Source of the DNA: an uncultured Gammaproteobacteria bacterium
GTDB lineage: Bacteria > Pseudomonadota > Gammaproteobacteria > JABCZS01
Assembly (NCBI GenBank): GCA_963848305.1
Contig: CAWKDC010000001.1
Span: forward strand, 544,001-608,000
Length of the DNA stretch: 64,000 bases
Direction of reading: 5' to 3'
The position numbers and the translations under genes are program-made. Below, piece after piece: positions 19,685 to 29,725 of this stretch (positions are counted from its first letter, which is position 1; each line of letters starts with the position of its first letter). Under the pieces are notes generated by a model. That model did no database searches, was not told where the DNA came from, and worked only from the letters and a program-made list of their open reading frames with translations.

Positions 19685-21344
19685 ACGTTACGCAATTCTC
19701 GGCGCAAAATCTTCCCCACATTTGATTTAGGCAAATGCTCGCGAAAGACAATCTCTTTGGGCATTTTGTAGCGTGTTAAACGCGTTTCACAATAATCCAG
19801 GATATCTTGTGCGGTTAATTTAGGATCTTTCTTCACCACAAATAATTTCACCATTTGCCCCGCTGATTCACTGGGAACGCCCACGGCAGCCACTTCTAAC
19901 ACACCAGGAACGCCCATCACGACATCTTCAATTTCATTCGGATAAACATTGAATCCTGAAATTAAGATCATGTCTTTTTTGCGATCAACAATATACAAAA
20001 AGCCCTTTGCATCGATTTTGGCAATATCACCCGTTTTCAACCAACCGTCTTTGTCGAGCACGTTCGACGTCTCTTCGGGATTATGCCAATAACCTTTCAT
20101 GACTTGTGGGCCTTTCACACACAACTCCCCCACTTCTGAAATATCCAAGGTATTCCCTTCTTCATCGATGATTTTCACATCCGTTGAAGGAATAGGCAAC
20201 CCAATGGAACCCGTATAGTCTGTAAAATTAAAAGGATTGATGGCCACAGCAGGTGAAGTTTCGGTTAAACCGTATGCTTCCAGAATGGGCTTACCCGTCA
20301 CCGCTTTCCAAGATTTTGCCACGGCATATTGCACAGCCATGCCACCGCCCATCACGAGTTTTAAATGACTGAAATCAAGCCGATCAAATCCTTTGGTATG
20401 CAGCAATCCATTGAATAATGTATTGACGCCCGTGATCACGGTGAATGGAATACCGCGTAAGGTTCGCACAAATCCTTTCATGTCACGCGGGTTGGTGATC
20501 AACACATTCAATGCACCAAACTCGGTGAAAATCAAACAATTCGCCGTGAGCGAAAAAATATGGTACAGCGGCAATGCCGTGATCACGATTTCTTTTCCCG
20601 GCTCTAACATGTGGCCAATCCACGCATTTCCTTGCATCATGTTGGATAACATATTGCCATGCGTCAGCATTGCGCCTTTGGATATGCCCGTTGTCCCACC
20701 AGTATATTGTAAAAATGCGATATCATCTTGAGAAACTTTCACATCATTCAAGGACAAGCTCTGCCCCATCTTTAGCGCTGTTTTAAAATACACAGCACCC
20801 GGAATATGATAACTCGGGTAGGGGTTCACAACATATTTGCTCGCAATATTGACAATAATCCCTTTCAATGAAGGAAATAAATCACCCACGCGTGTGATGA
20901 TCACATGCTTAATCTCTGGACATTCCGGCAATGCTTCTTGTAGCGTATGCGCCATGTTGGCCAATATGACAATGGTCGATGCGCCTGCATCTCTTAACTG
21001 TCGACCGGCTTCGCGCGGCGTATACAAGGGATTGACATTCACCACAATCAACCCTGCACGAAATGCGGCATACACAGCCACCAAATATTGCAACAGATTG
21101 GGCATCATGATGGCGATGCGTTCACCCTTTTTGATTTTCAGGCCTGTTGAAAATAAGCGGCGAGATCGCGGGTCAGCGCGCCTAATTCGCTGAACGTGAG
21201 TGTCGTTCCTAAATTCGTTGCGGCAGGATGATCTTGAAAGCGAGATACTGCGCTGAGAAACAGCTCGGCAATGGATGCATGGGGGCTAGGCGTGATCTCT
21301 GCGGGTACGCCGGGGGGATAGCTGTTGAGCCAGATCTTTTCCAT
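19681..21344 (-). CDS. fadD: Long-chain-fatty-acid--CoA ligase, split by an apparent 1-nt deletion near 21141
   Basis: MEKIWLNSYPPGVP N-terminus (21138-21344) joins LKIKKGERIAIMMPN...LQYTGGTTGISKG...YGLTETSP...GKILRRELR. Confidence 0.92.
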
Positions 21345-21429
21345 GTGTCTTCCTTGACTAAAAAAGGTTTGACTATTGTGACTGAAAAACGGGGAAATGG
21401 AAAGTACATTCCATGTTATTTTAAAAACC

Positions 21430-21445
21430 GCCCTGCGCCCCTACA
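21430..21445 (-). repeat. REP-like half element upstream of fadD
   Basis: Minus strand TGTAGGGGCGCAGGGC, nearly identical to the arm at 19636. Confidence 0.6.
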
Positions 21446-21514
21446 TCGCTGTAGCCTCGCGAATAGTGCAATACCTCCTTGTACATGACAACGAATTACC
21501 TGTATGATGTCATC

Positions 21515-22651
21515 ATGAAATTCGTTCTTAAACTCCTTGCCGGCATTGCGCTGGGTACTTTTATCGGGCTTGTATTGCCTGATGAAGCTGTTCGCCCTTT
21601 TATTACCCTTAAAGTATTGATAGGCGATTTTATTGGTTTCGTCATCCCTTTCATCATTATTTTTTATATCACCCACGGCATTGCCGGCTTAGGCCATCAA
21701 TCAGGTCGCATTGTAGGTTTGACAGTGGGGCTCACTTACATTTCCACCATTATCGCCGGCGCCATGGCCGCTATTGTGGCCATGGCAATTCTCCCCTCGC
21801 TGTCCACTAAAATGACTGTTTTGGATGCATCTGCTGGTTTAACGCCCTATCTCAGCCTTAATATTCCCCCTATCATGTCAGTCATGACGGCTGTCTTCCT
21901 CGCCTTCCTCTTTGGCCTCGGGATCAGTAAAAGCCACGGAACTGTGTTGAAGGATGCCGTGGCTGAAGGTAAAAACATCATGGATCGCTTACTAAGCCAT
22001 CTGCTGATTCCTATCCTACCGTTCTATGTCGGCTGTATTTTTGTTGACCTGGCGGCCAATGGGTCTGCCTTGAATACCATGAAAACCTTTATCTTGGTTC
22101 TTGGACTCGCTGTGATGCTACATGCCATTTGGTTGACCATTCTCTACGCATTGGCGGGCTTGATATCAGGCCGTAGCCCTATTCGCCTCTTCAAAAACAT
22201 GATCCCTGCGTATATCACAGCAGCCAGCACCATGAGCAGCGCGGCCACCATCCCGGTGACCTTGCGGTGCATTAAAAACAATGGCATACGCCCCTTTATC
22301 GCCGAATTTGGTGTCCCCCTGTGCGCGACCATTCATATCTGTGGCAGCATGATCACCCTGACCAGTTGTGCAGTAGCTGTTTCGCTGATTTCACCCAACC
22401 TCCCCGCCCCGACATTCGACTTGATGTTCCCGTTTATCCTGGCATTAGGCTTTGTGATGATTGCGGCTCCCGGCGTGCCCGGCGGTGGCGTTATGGCTGC
22501 CTTGGGTCTGCTCACCAGCATGCTAGGCTTTGATCAAACGGCGATTGGCTTAATGATCGCCCTCTATGTCGCCCAAGACAGCCTGGGCACCGCCACTAAT
22601 GTCACCGGCGATGGCGCCTTGCTCATGATCGTCGACAAAATCGCCCCTTGA
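21515..22651 (+). CDS. Dicarboxylate/amino acid:cation symporter (DAACS, SstT/GltP-like)
   Basis: TMSSAATIP, PLCATIH, APGVPGGG, DSLGTATNVTGD. Confidence 0.9.
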   Translation: MKFVLKLLAGIALGTFIGLVLPDEAVRPFITLKVLIGDFIGFVIPFIIIFYITHGIAGLGHQSGRIVGLTVGLTYISTIIAGAMAAIVAMAILPSLSTKMTVLDASAGLTPYLSLNIPPIMSVMTAVFLAFLFGLGISKSHGTVLKDAVAEGKNIMDRLLSHLLIPILPFYVGCIFVDLAANGSALNTMKTFILVLGLAVMLHAIWLTILYALAGLISGRSPIRLFKNMIPAYITAASTMSSAATIPVTLRCIKNNGIRPFIAEFGVPLCATIHICGSMITLTSCAVAVSLISPNLPAPTFDLMFPFILALGFVMIAAPGVPGGGVMAALGLLTSMLGFDQTAIGLMIALYVAQDSLGTATNVTGDGALLMIVDKIAP

Positions 22652-22674
22652 AAATGATTTAAATGTCCCCATTT
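22647..22674 (+). promoter_or_regulatory. Sigma32 (RpoH) heat-shock promoter of htpG
   Basis: CTTGAAA-N13-CCCCATTT, matching the RpoH consensus, about 75 nt before htpG. Confidence 0.88.
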
Positions 22675-22747
22675 TGAAGTACATGGCTCGTATGGATGGC
22701 GCATTTTCGGCGCCACACAAAACCGTAACATTATGGAGATAAACAAC

Positions 22748-24616
22748 ATGCAAATTGAGAAACAGACCCATGTCTTCAACACCGAAGTGAAACAACTTCT
22801 AAAACTCATGATCCATTCTCTGTATTCAAACAAAGAAATCTTTCTACGCGAACTGATTTCTAACGCATCCGACGCACTCGAAAAATTGCGCGTGGAAGCC
22901 CTTCAAAATCCTAATATACATCCCTCATCACCCTTCATTCGCGTGATACCTGACAAAGCAGCGCGCACGATCAGTATTTCAGACAATGGGATCGGGATGA
23001 GCGAAGCTGAAGTCATTGAACATTTAGGCACCATTGCCAAATCTGGTACAAAATCTTTCCTTGAAAAATTGACTGGCGAACAATCTAAAGACGCGCAGCT
23101 CATTGGCCAATTCGGCGTTGGTTTTTACGCCAGCTTCATGGTGGCTGATAAAGTCACTGTCCTCACGCGTCGCGCTGATGCCCCTGCTGATCAAGCTGTT
23201 CTATGGGAATCAAACGGCGAAGGTGCTTACGATGTGTCACAAGCGCATAAAAATGAGATTGGCACGACGATCACCTTGCATTTAAAATCTAACGAAGATG
23301 AATGGCTAGAAGATTGGAAGTTGCGCGAAGTCATCACGCGATATTCTGATCATATTTCCTTCCCCGTTGAAATGGAGTTACATCAAGCGGAAGAGGATGC
23401 TGAACAACCCGTCTTTGAAGCCGTCAATAAAGCCACAGCGATCTGGACTCGACCAAAGTCGACCTTGACGGATGAAGAATATCAAGCTTTTTACAAACAT
23501 GTTAGCCACGATTTCGACGATGCACTTTCCTGGACACATAATCGCGTAGAAGGGAAAACAGAATATATCAATCTGCTTTACATCCCCAAACACGCCCCCT
23601 TCGACTTATTTCAACAAGGCATGAAACGACGCGGCATCAAATTGTATGTCAAACGTGTATTCATCATGGATGAGGCAGAACAATTCATGCCGAATTATTT
23701 GCGCTTCGTGAAGGGCGTGATCGACGCTGCGGATCTACCGCTCAACGTGTCGCGTGAAATTTTGCAGCAAAGCAAAGTGGTCGATACGATTCGCGCGGGC
23801 TCCGTGAAAAAAGTATTGGGCCTATTGGAAGATCTCGCTAAAAATCACCCAGAGAAATACCTGGCGTTCTGGGCTGAATTTGGCAATGCCTTGAAAGAAG
23901 GTCCGATTGAAGATCACGCGAATAAAGATCAAATCGCTGGGCTGCTGCGTTTCTCAACGACTTTCAAAAATGACAAGACGCAAGCAGAATCTCTCGATGA
24001 TTATATTGCTCGCATGAAACCTGAACAAAAAAATATTTTTTATGTCACCGCTGAAACTTTCCAAGCTGCGAGCCACAGTCCTCACCTTGAAATTTTCCGC
24101 AAAAAGGGCATTGAGGTATTATTACTGTCTGATCGCGTGGATGAATGGTTGGTCGCGCATTTGCCGGAATATAAAGGACATCCTTTCCAATCCGTCGCCA
24201 AAGGTGATTTGGATTTGAGTGAATTAAAGGACGAGGATACCGCGCCAACGCCTGATGAAAATGAATCATTCACCTCTTTGATCGCTGCGTTCAAATTAGC
24301 GCTCGCGGATCAAGTGAAAGATGTCCGATTAACACACCGGTTAACGGATTCTCCTGCCTGCGTGGTCGCAGATGCCAATGACATGGGGCTACAATTGCAA
24401 CGGATTTTCAAGTCGGCTGGGCAGAGCGTGCCGGGCAGCAAACCAATTTTGGAATTAAACCCCACGCATCCATTGCTTGTTCGTTTGCGCTCACAAACAG
24501 GAGATCCGCGTATCACGGATTGGGCACAAGTATTATTCGGTCAAGCCATTTTGGCTGAAGGCGGACAATTGGATGATCCCGCTGGGTTTGTGAAGAAGAT
24601 GAATGCATTACTGTAA
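22748..24616 (+). CDS. htpG: Chaperone HtpG (Hsp90)
   Basis: IHSLYSNKEIFLRELISNASDA, DNGIGM, IGQFGVGFY, LNVSREILQ; start after GGAG. Confidence 0.98.
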   Translation: MQIEKQTHVFNTEVKQLLKLMIHSLYSNKEIFLRELISNASDALEKLRVEALQNPNIHPSSPFIRVIPDKAARTISISDNGIGMSEAEVIEHLGTIAKSGTKSFLEKLTGEQSKDAQLIGQFGVGFYASFMVADKVTVLTRRADAPADQAVLWESNGEGAYDVSQAHKNEIGTTITLHLKSNEDEWLEDWKLREVITRYSDHISFPVEMELHQAEEDAEQPVFEAVNKATAIWTRPKSTLTDEEYQAFYKHVSHDFDDALSWTHNRVEGKTEYINLLYIPKHAPFDLFQQGMKRRGIKLYVKRVFIMDEAEQFMPNYLRFVKGVIDAADLPLNVSREILQQSKVVDTIRAGSVKKVLGLLEDLAKNHPEKYLAFWAEFGNALKEGPIEDHANKDQIAGLLRFSTTFKNDKTQAESLDDYIARMKPEQKNIFYVTAETFQAASHSPHLEIFRKKGIEVLLLSDRVDEWLVAHLPEYKGHPFQSVAKGDLDLSELKDEDTAPTPDENESFTSLIAAFKLALADQVKDVRLTHRLTDSPACVVADANDMGLQLQRIFKSAGQSVPGSKPILELNPTHPLLVRLRSQTGDPRITDWAQVLFGQAILAEGGQLDDPAGFVKKMNALL

Positions 24617-24633
24617 GGACGGCATAACGCGCC

Positions 24634-24667
24634 ATTGACAGGCATCACTGGTGCCTGTCAATCTTTT
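24634..24667 (+). terminator. Intrinsic terminator after htpG
   Basis: ATTGACAGGCA-N7-TGCCTGTCAAT perfect stem followed by CTTTT. Confidence 0.75.
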
Positions 24668-24699
24668 GTGCGCTGGAATAAAACAAACGCTTACAAAAC

Positions 24700-25077
24700 C
24701 TAAGGATTCACCTGATTCTGCAATGACTGATACCCGGTTAAACAGTTGCCATGGGCGTATGTTGCCGAGGGACCACAACATACATAAAGACGATACGAAT
24801 ATAGGTTACGTGCTCCCGTCGGATCATAGGTCAAGCATACATTACTGGCCTTTTTTAATGCTGCATACATGTCACTATCTGATGCATTATCCGGCAAAGC
24901 AGTACCCCCCATACTCGACAGTGTCACTGCACCACCGCAACTATAATCATAGTTTGCTGAGAAAGGTGTTGCAGTTACCGCATCTTGGGTAAAATACGGG
25001 GTACACTGTTCCGCCATCGCCCCTGCACATACACCCATCAGTACTGCTGCCATTATCGTGAATTTCACTTTATTCAT
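24700..25077 (-). CDS. Small secreted cysteine-rich hypothetical protein
   Basis: GAGGAG SD, MNKVKF...AMA signal peptide, 6 Cys in the mature part. Confidence 0.75.
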   Translation of the reverse strand: MNKVKFTIMAAVLMGVCAGAMAEQCTPYFTQDAVTATPFSANYDYSCGGAVTLSSMGGTALPDNASDSDMYAALKKASNVCLTYDPTGARNLYSYRLYVCCGPSATYAHGNCLTGYQSLQNQVNP

Positions 25078-25121
25078 TTCATTCTCCTCAAGTAGGTTGA
25101 TAAACGATATCATTATGATGA

Positions 25122-26411
25122 TCATAGACCATTCATCAACAATGCCACCCGCTTTGCATTAACAGCCAAGGTCGGCACATCTAGCGTTTCAGCATCTGTG
25201 TGCATGCCGCGGCCAATAGGCCCCAGACCGCCCATGCAAGCTGGCACAATGTGAACAACATGAGACAGATCACCTGCCCCGCGGGTGGCAGGGTCAACAG
25301 CCTCGACCGACCCAAAGCCCAGGTGTTGGCTGATGTCACTGTACTGTTTGAGCAAGGCTTCATTCGCGGGGGTGGGCGGCATGGGTGGTGCGGAATCCAC
25401 AAACACCACTTCGCCTGATGTACCTGGTAAATGCTCAGACACGGTATGGGTGATCAACGCTTTCATCGCCTCTTTTTGAGAGATAGAAATATACCGTATA
25501 TCCCCCTGAGCCACGGCCGTCTGTGCAACAATATTTTTTTTGCCAGAACCTGTTGCAGTGGTTGTATCCGGGGAAAGGCTTGCTGTTGTGCCACCCACCA
25601 TCAGCCCGGGATTGAATGAAGCATATTGTTCATCAACGAATTTTTCTCGTAATGTATTCAATATGCGCGCCATTTCAAAGATGGCGCCATCACCCACATG
25701 AGGCTGAAAGATCACGGATGAATGCGCTGAATGCCCTGCTGTGTGCAGCGTCCAATTACTGGTTCCACGCCGCGCTGTTGTGACACTATTAAGTTGAAAT
25801 GCTGGCTCAAAATCAAGCGCAACCTCCCTGTCTTGAGCGGCATCGATCAGAGGCGCACGAGAAATGCTGAGGGGTTTTCCAGAATTTTCTTCATCCCCGG
25901 TCAGCACGATTGTAATATCACGATGTTGCAATTCACCCACATCATACAAGGCCTTCAAAGCAGACCACATCACGACAATGCCGCCTTTGTCATCAATCAC
26001 ACCTGGACCAGTTGCGATGTTACCCTTCATGTGGATGCGTTGATGTGGACTTTCTTTTGAGAACACGGTATCCAAATGACCTATCAATAGTAATCGCTTT
26101 CCCTTGTTTCCATCATGCGTGAGAATAAGCGTGCCTGCACGGTTCATGTCAGGCGGAGGCGTGACCCACGTGGCTTTAAACCCAAGCTTTTCAAAGGCTG
26201 CTTGAACAACAGCCCCGACTTGTTTCACTCCATCGATGTTTTGTGTGCCACTGTTTATGTTGACTATTTTTTCGAGCAACGCCAACGCTTCAGCCTGATG
26301 TTTGTCGACCGATCTTACCACCGATGTTTCAAGAGGCGTCAACGTTGTTGCATGCAGCGAACCGCACGCAAAAAAGCAGAGTAGCATGGTGTGAAGGCAA
26401 TATTTGAGCAT
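25122..26411 (-). CDS. Exported M20-family metallopeptidase (glutamate carboxypeptidase/CPG2-like)
   Basis: Signal peptide; GHLDTV, GVIDDKGG, GDEE, GHSAHS, MHT. Confidence 0.88.
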   Translation of the reverse strand: MLKYCLHTMLLCFFACGSLHATTLTPLETSVVRSVDKHQAEALALLEKIVNINSGTQNIDGVKQVGAVVQAAFEKLGFKATWVTPPPDMNRAGTLILTHDGNKGKRLLLIGHLDTVFSKESPHQRIHMKGNIATGPGVIDDKGGIVVMWSALKALYDVGELQHRDITIVLTGDEENSGKPLSISRAPLIDAAQDREVALDFEPAFQLNSVTTARRGTSNWTLHTAGHSAHSSVIFQPHVGDGAIFEMARILNTLREKFVDEQYASFNPGLMVGGTTASLSPDTTTATGSGKKNIVAQTAVAQGDIRYISISQKEAMKALITHTVSEHLPGTSGEVVFVDSAPPMPPTPANEALLKQYSDISQHLGFGSVEAVDPATRGAGDLSHVVHIVPACMGGLGPIGRGMHTDAETLDVPTLAVNAKRVALLMNGL

Positions 26412-26462
26412 CGTGGGTTCCCTACATCAACTTAATCACACGGATTATACAATAAAACCAAT

Positions 26463-26490
26463 GTAGGGGCGCAGCATGCTACACCCCTAC
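26463..26490. repeat. GTAG-type REP palindrome
   Basis: GTAGGGGCGCAGC-AT-GCTACACCCCTAC; a further half-site CCCTACAA at about 26505. Confidence 0.8.
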
Positions 26491-26568
26491 AATACGTTTG
26501 ACATCCCTACAAAAAAATGCCAATCTAGATTGATAGATATTGTTTATTCCTATTGAAAAGGAGCTTCC

Positions 26569-26996
26569 ATGGATAACCCTCTTCATTCAAATCCACAAGC
26601 AGAGTACGATGACGATTATGATCTTGTATCAGACAACAGTTCCATTGGCAGCAATATTGTTGAAGATGACAATTTCGATTTACCAGCTGATGATGATGAC
26701 GATGACACAATCAGTTTCGACATGATTGATGTCCTTCCCCACAACCCTCTCCCCCGACACGTCAAGGTGCACATTCCCCGCTGCAGCCTTTATTGGATTT
26801 GAATAATGTACCTGCGAATGAAAGTACAACGGCATTCTTGGTAAGATTACAGATGGCAATGGAACCTGTAGGCTTGGCGGTTGCGGCCTACTCAAACAAC
26901 GTTAACAGCACCCTCAATCCTCTCTTTCTCATGAGAGAGCCGAGACAAACGCTTCACACGACGGAACGATGCCCAAGGGAAAAGAGAAAGAAGTGA
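26569..26996 (+). CDS. Acidic low-complexity hypothetical protein, probably one gene split by a frameshift near 26735
   Basis: AAGGAG SD; Asp-rich ORF 26569-26802 overlaps an open frame reading PSPQPSPPTRQGAHSPLQPLLDLNN...REKRKK* to 26996. Confidence 0.55.
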
Positions 26997-27062
26997 TTTT
27001 TTCCTTCATCCCCTGAGCTGAACACCCCCATGAATAAATCACCACGCTAAAAGGAAAACCAC

Positions 27063-27542
27063 ATGAAAGCCATCGCAACCCTACTCGCAGCACTAGCCCT
27101 CGCCGCTTGCACGCCCCAACCAACAGCATCGCCTGAAGCTGAAACCCTTATTATCCCCTTTACAGTCCTTGATGAAGGTGTTCAAAGCGGTATCCATCCT
27201 GACACACACACGCTCACCCTGATTCAAGACAACAAAGCCTGGCAGTCTCTGTGGTCCCAGCATAAAACGATCACCCCCATCCCCAGCGCTCCGCATATTG
27301 ATTTTGCGACCCAAAATCTCATCACTGTGATTGACAGCGACCAGCCCAACAGCGGATACACGCTTCATATGGATAAAGTGGAACAACACGGCGATGAGTT
27401 ATGGGTCTACGTCACCCGTGAACAACCTGCCTCTGCTTGCCTCAATATGGGGATGGTGTCACAGCCCTACGTGTTTGCAACGATCCCCAAAGGCCCTGTG
27501 AAAACCAAGCTGTTGTTTTCGACCCATATGTATGAATGCTAA
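27063..27542 (+). CDS. Lipoprotein with PrcB C-terminal-like domain
   Basis: LAAC lipobox; W..LW..H....P.IDF, P.SGY, V....P...C..MVSQPY pattern. Confidence 0.72.
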   Translation: MKAIATLLAALALAACTPQPTASPEAETLIIPFTVLDEGVQSGIHPDTHTLTLIQDNKAWQSLWSQHKTITPIPSAPHIDFATQNLITVIDSDQPNSGYTLHMDKVEQHGDELWVYVTREQPASACLNMGMVSQPYVFATIPKGPVKTKLLFSTHMYEC

Positions 27543-27584
27543 GGATATGCTACACTCTTGCGAAGAATAAGGAGTTCTCACAAG

Positions 27585-28169
27585 ATGCGCACTATTACCT
27601 ACGCTTGGGCATTTGTCCTGGCAATGCTTTTCATACTACCGGGCCACGCGGCGACAGCCCCCGCGCCGCCTGTTCTGGAGCACCATAAAATTTATGGCCG
27701 TGTTGAAACAGCCTTGGTGACCGACCATCAGCTGAAAGTTCGCGTTCGCATGGACACGGGTGCCAAGACATCCTCATTGAATGCAACGCACATTGAACTC
27801 TTTGACAAAGATGGCAAGCAATGGGTTCGTTTCATCGTGGGTCTCGACACCACAGATAAACGTTACCAAATCGAAGCCCCCTTGGTTCGACAAATTAAAA
27901 TTCGCAAACGCACTGCAGAACTACCCAATGGCAAAGAAACGCCGGATGAGGAAAAATTTGATCTCCGTCCAACGGTGAATATTCCCGTGTGTCTGGGCAC
28001 ACAAGAAAAGATGGTTGAAGTGTCTCTTACAGATCGCTCTCATTTTCATTACCCAATGCTGTTGGGACGTTCAGGCATGGAAGCGTTTGATATTTTGATA
28101 GACCCAAGCCGCGTGTTTACGGCGAAACCCAAGTGTTCATCCTCTACCACCCAAGAGAGCAAACCGTGA
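27585..28169 (+). CDS. Exported retropepsin-like aspartyl protease (RimK-associated, so-called ATP-dependent zinc protease family)
   Basis: Signal peptide, GRVE, MDTGAKTSSL, LTDRS.F.YPMLLGR. Confidence 0.88.
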   Translation: MRTITYAWAFVLAMLFILPGHAATAPAPPVLEHHKIYGRVETALVTDHQLKVRVRMDTGAKTSSLNATHIELFDKDGKQWVRFIVGLDTTDKRYQIEAPLVRQIKIRKRTAELPNGKETPDEEKFDLRPTVNIPVCLGTQEKMVEVSLTDRSHFHYPMLLGRSGMEAFDILIDPSRVFTAKPKCSSSTTQESKP

Positions 28170-29725
28170 ATTATAAAAAACATTTGATCATACTGTCGAT
28201 TATTTTAACGTCACTGTCGTTATGGTCATTCCTGTATAAAACCACCGTATTACAACTCCCGTTATTATCCGGCGGCACCAGCACACTCTGGACGGTCGAA
28301 GCGCGCGTTCACTTTGAAGCACAAAATAAACCGGTCAAACTGAATTTTTCTGTCCCACCAGAGCAACCGCATTTTGCACGACTGAATGAAAGTTTTGTTT
28401 CACGCAAATATGGATCAAGCATCACCAAACTTGGCGACAACCGTTTAGCCACCTTGAGCATTCGTCGCGCTGCTGATGCACAAACCTTGTATTATCGTGC
28501 ACAATTTTACGTCGATGAATCCCACTTGGGGCCGACACCTTCAGGCCGCGGCATCGACATGCGCACGGTGTATGAAGGCGCTAAACAGACAGCCTCCCAT
28601 ACATTGGTACAACAAGTGCGCGAAACCTCCGCAGACAGTGTCACTTTTGCGGCAGGGCTAGTGCACAGTTTATTGAACACAACAGACGGCAATGTGTCCA
28701 TATTGCTTGACAGGAATTTTTCCACAGAAAACATTGCCAAGACCGCACAAGCATTATTATTAGGCCCCACGAAGATGGAGGGGCCGAATATTACCAGCCG
28801 TTTGGTGTATGGGTTCAAATTAACAGATGATGTTGAAACACGGAAAAATATCCCACTTGATATTTATTTAGGGGTGTGGGATCCAACCCATAACACCTGG
28901 CATTATATCAACCCAAACACCGCCGCCATTGGTTTGCCCCACAATTTCTTGATCTGGCAATACGGCGATCAACCTTTCGTACAAGTTGAAGGTGGAAGAG
29001 ATCCTTCCATTTCTTTTTCATTCACGCAACAATTACAACCGACACTCAGCATTGCACAAGAAGCAGCCTTCAAATCCCGCTCCTTTTTGATTGATTTCTC
29101 TCTATTCGCCCTGCCCCTTCAAACACAAGAACTTTACCAAGTCCTCATCATGATCCCACTCGGCGCACTGGTGGTGCTCATCATGCGCAGCTTTGTCGGC
29201 ATGCAAACCTTCGGCACTTTTATGCCCGTGCTGATTGCGTTGGCATTCCGCGAAACGGATTTATTATCCGGCATTTTATTATTTACCTTGATAGTGGCGA
29301 TTGGTTTGTCATTGCGTTTTTATTTAGAACATTTGAAACTCCTGCTCATCCCGCGCCTCAGCGTTGTACTTTCGGGCGTCATCTTGATCATGATGATTTT
29401 GAGCATTGTGTCCCATAAAATGGGGCTCAGCCATGGCGTGTCATTCGCCTTATTCCCCATGGTGATCATCACCATGACCATCGAACGGATGTCGATTGAA
29501 TGGGAAGAACGTAACCCTTGGGAAGCGATTCAGCAAGCGCTCGGCAGTTTAGTGTGCGCTACGTTGTCCTATCTTGTCATGACCAACAGCGTTGCAGAAC
29601 ACATTTTATTTGTCTTTCCTGAACTGATTTTATTGGTGGTGGTGATCATGCTGTGGATTGGCCATTATCATGGCTATCGCTTGTCTGAGTTGTTGCGATT
29701 CAAAGATCTTGTGGGTAAACAATGA
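28166..29725 (+). CDS. Inactive transglutaminase fused to 7TM domain (UUP1/7TM_transglut family)
   Basis: GTG start overlapping upstream TGA; ESFVSRKYG, GMQTFGTFMPVLIALAF, LFPMVIITMTIER, GYRLSELLRF. Confidence 0.88.
   Translation: MNYKKHLIILSIILTSLSLWSFLYKTTVLQLPLLSGGTSTLWTVEARVHFEAQNKPVKLNFSVPPEQPHFARLNESFVSRKYGSSITKLGDNRLATLSIRRAADAQTLYYRAQFYVDESHLGPTPSGRGIDMRTVYEGAKQTASHTLVQQVRETSADSVTFAAGLVHSLLNTTDGNVSILLDRNFSTENIAKTAQALLLGPTKMEGPNITSRLVYGFKLTDDVETRKNIPLDIYLGVWDPTHNTWHYINPNTAAIGLPHNFLIWQYGDQPFVQVEGGRDPSISFSFTQQLQPTLSIAQEAAFKSRSFLIDFSLFALPLQTQELYQVLIMIPLGALVVLIMRSFVGMQTFGTFMPVLIALAFRETDLLSGILLFTLIVAIGLSLRFYLEHLKLLLIPRLSVVLSGVILIMMILSIVSHKMGLSHGVSFALFPMVIITMTIERMSIEWEERNPWEAIQQALGSLVCATLSYLVMTNSVAEHILFVFPELILLVVVIMLWIGHYHGYRLSELLRFKDLVGKQ

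Noticed and set aside
21138-21140. TGA readthrough or selenocysteine in fadD
   Set aside because: The downstream half is in a different frame, so readthrough cannot join the two parts; a 1-nt indel does.
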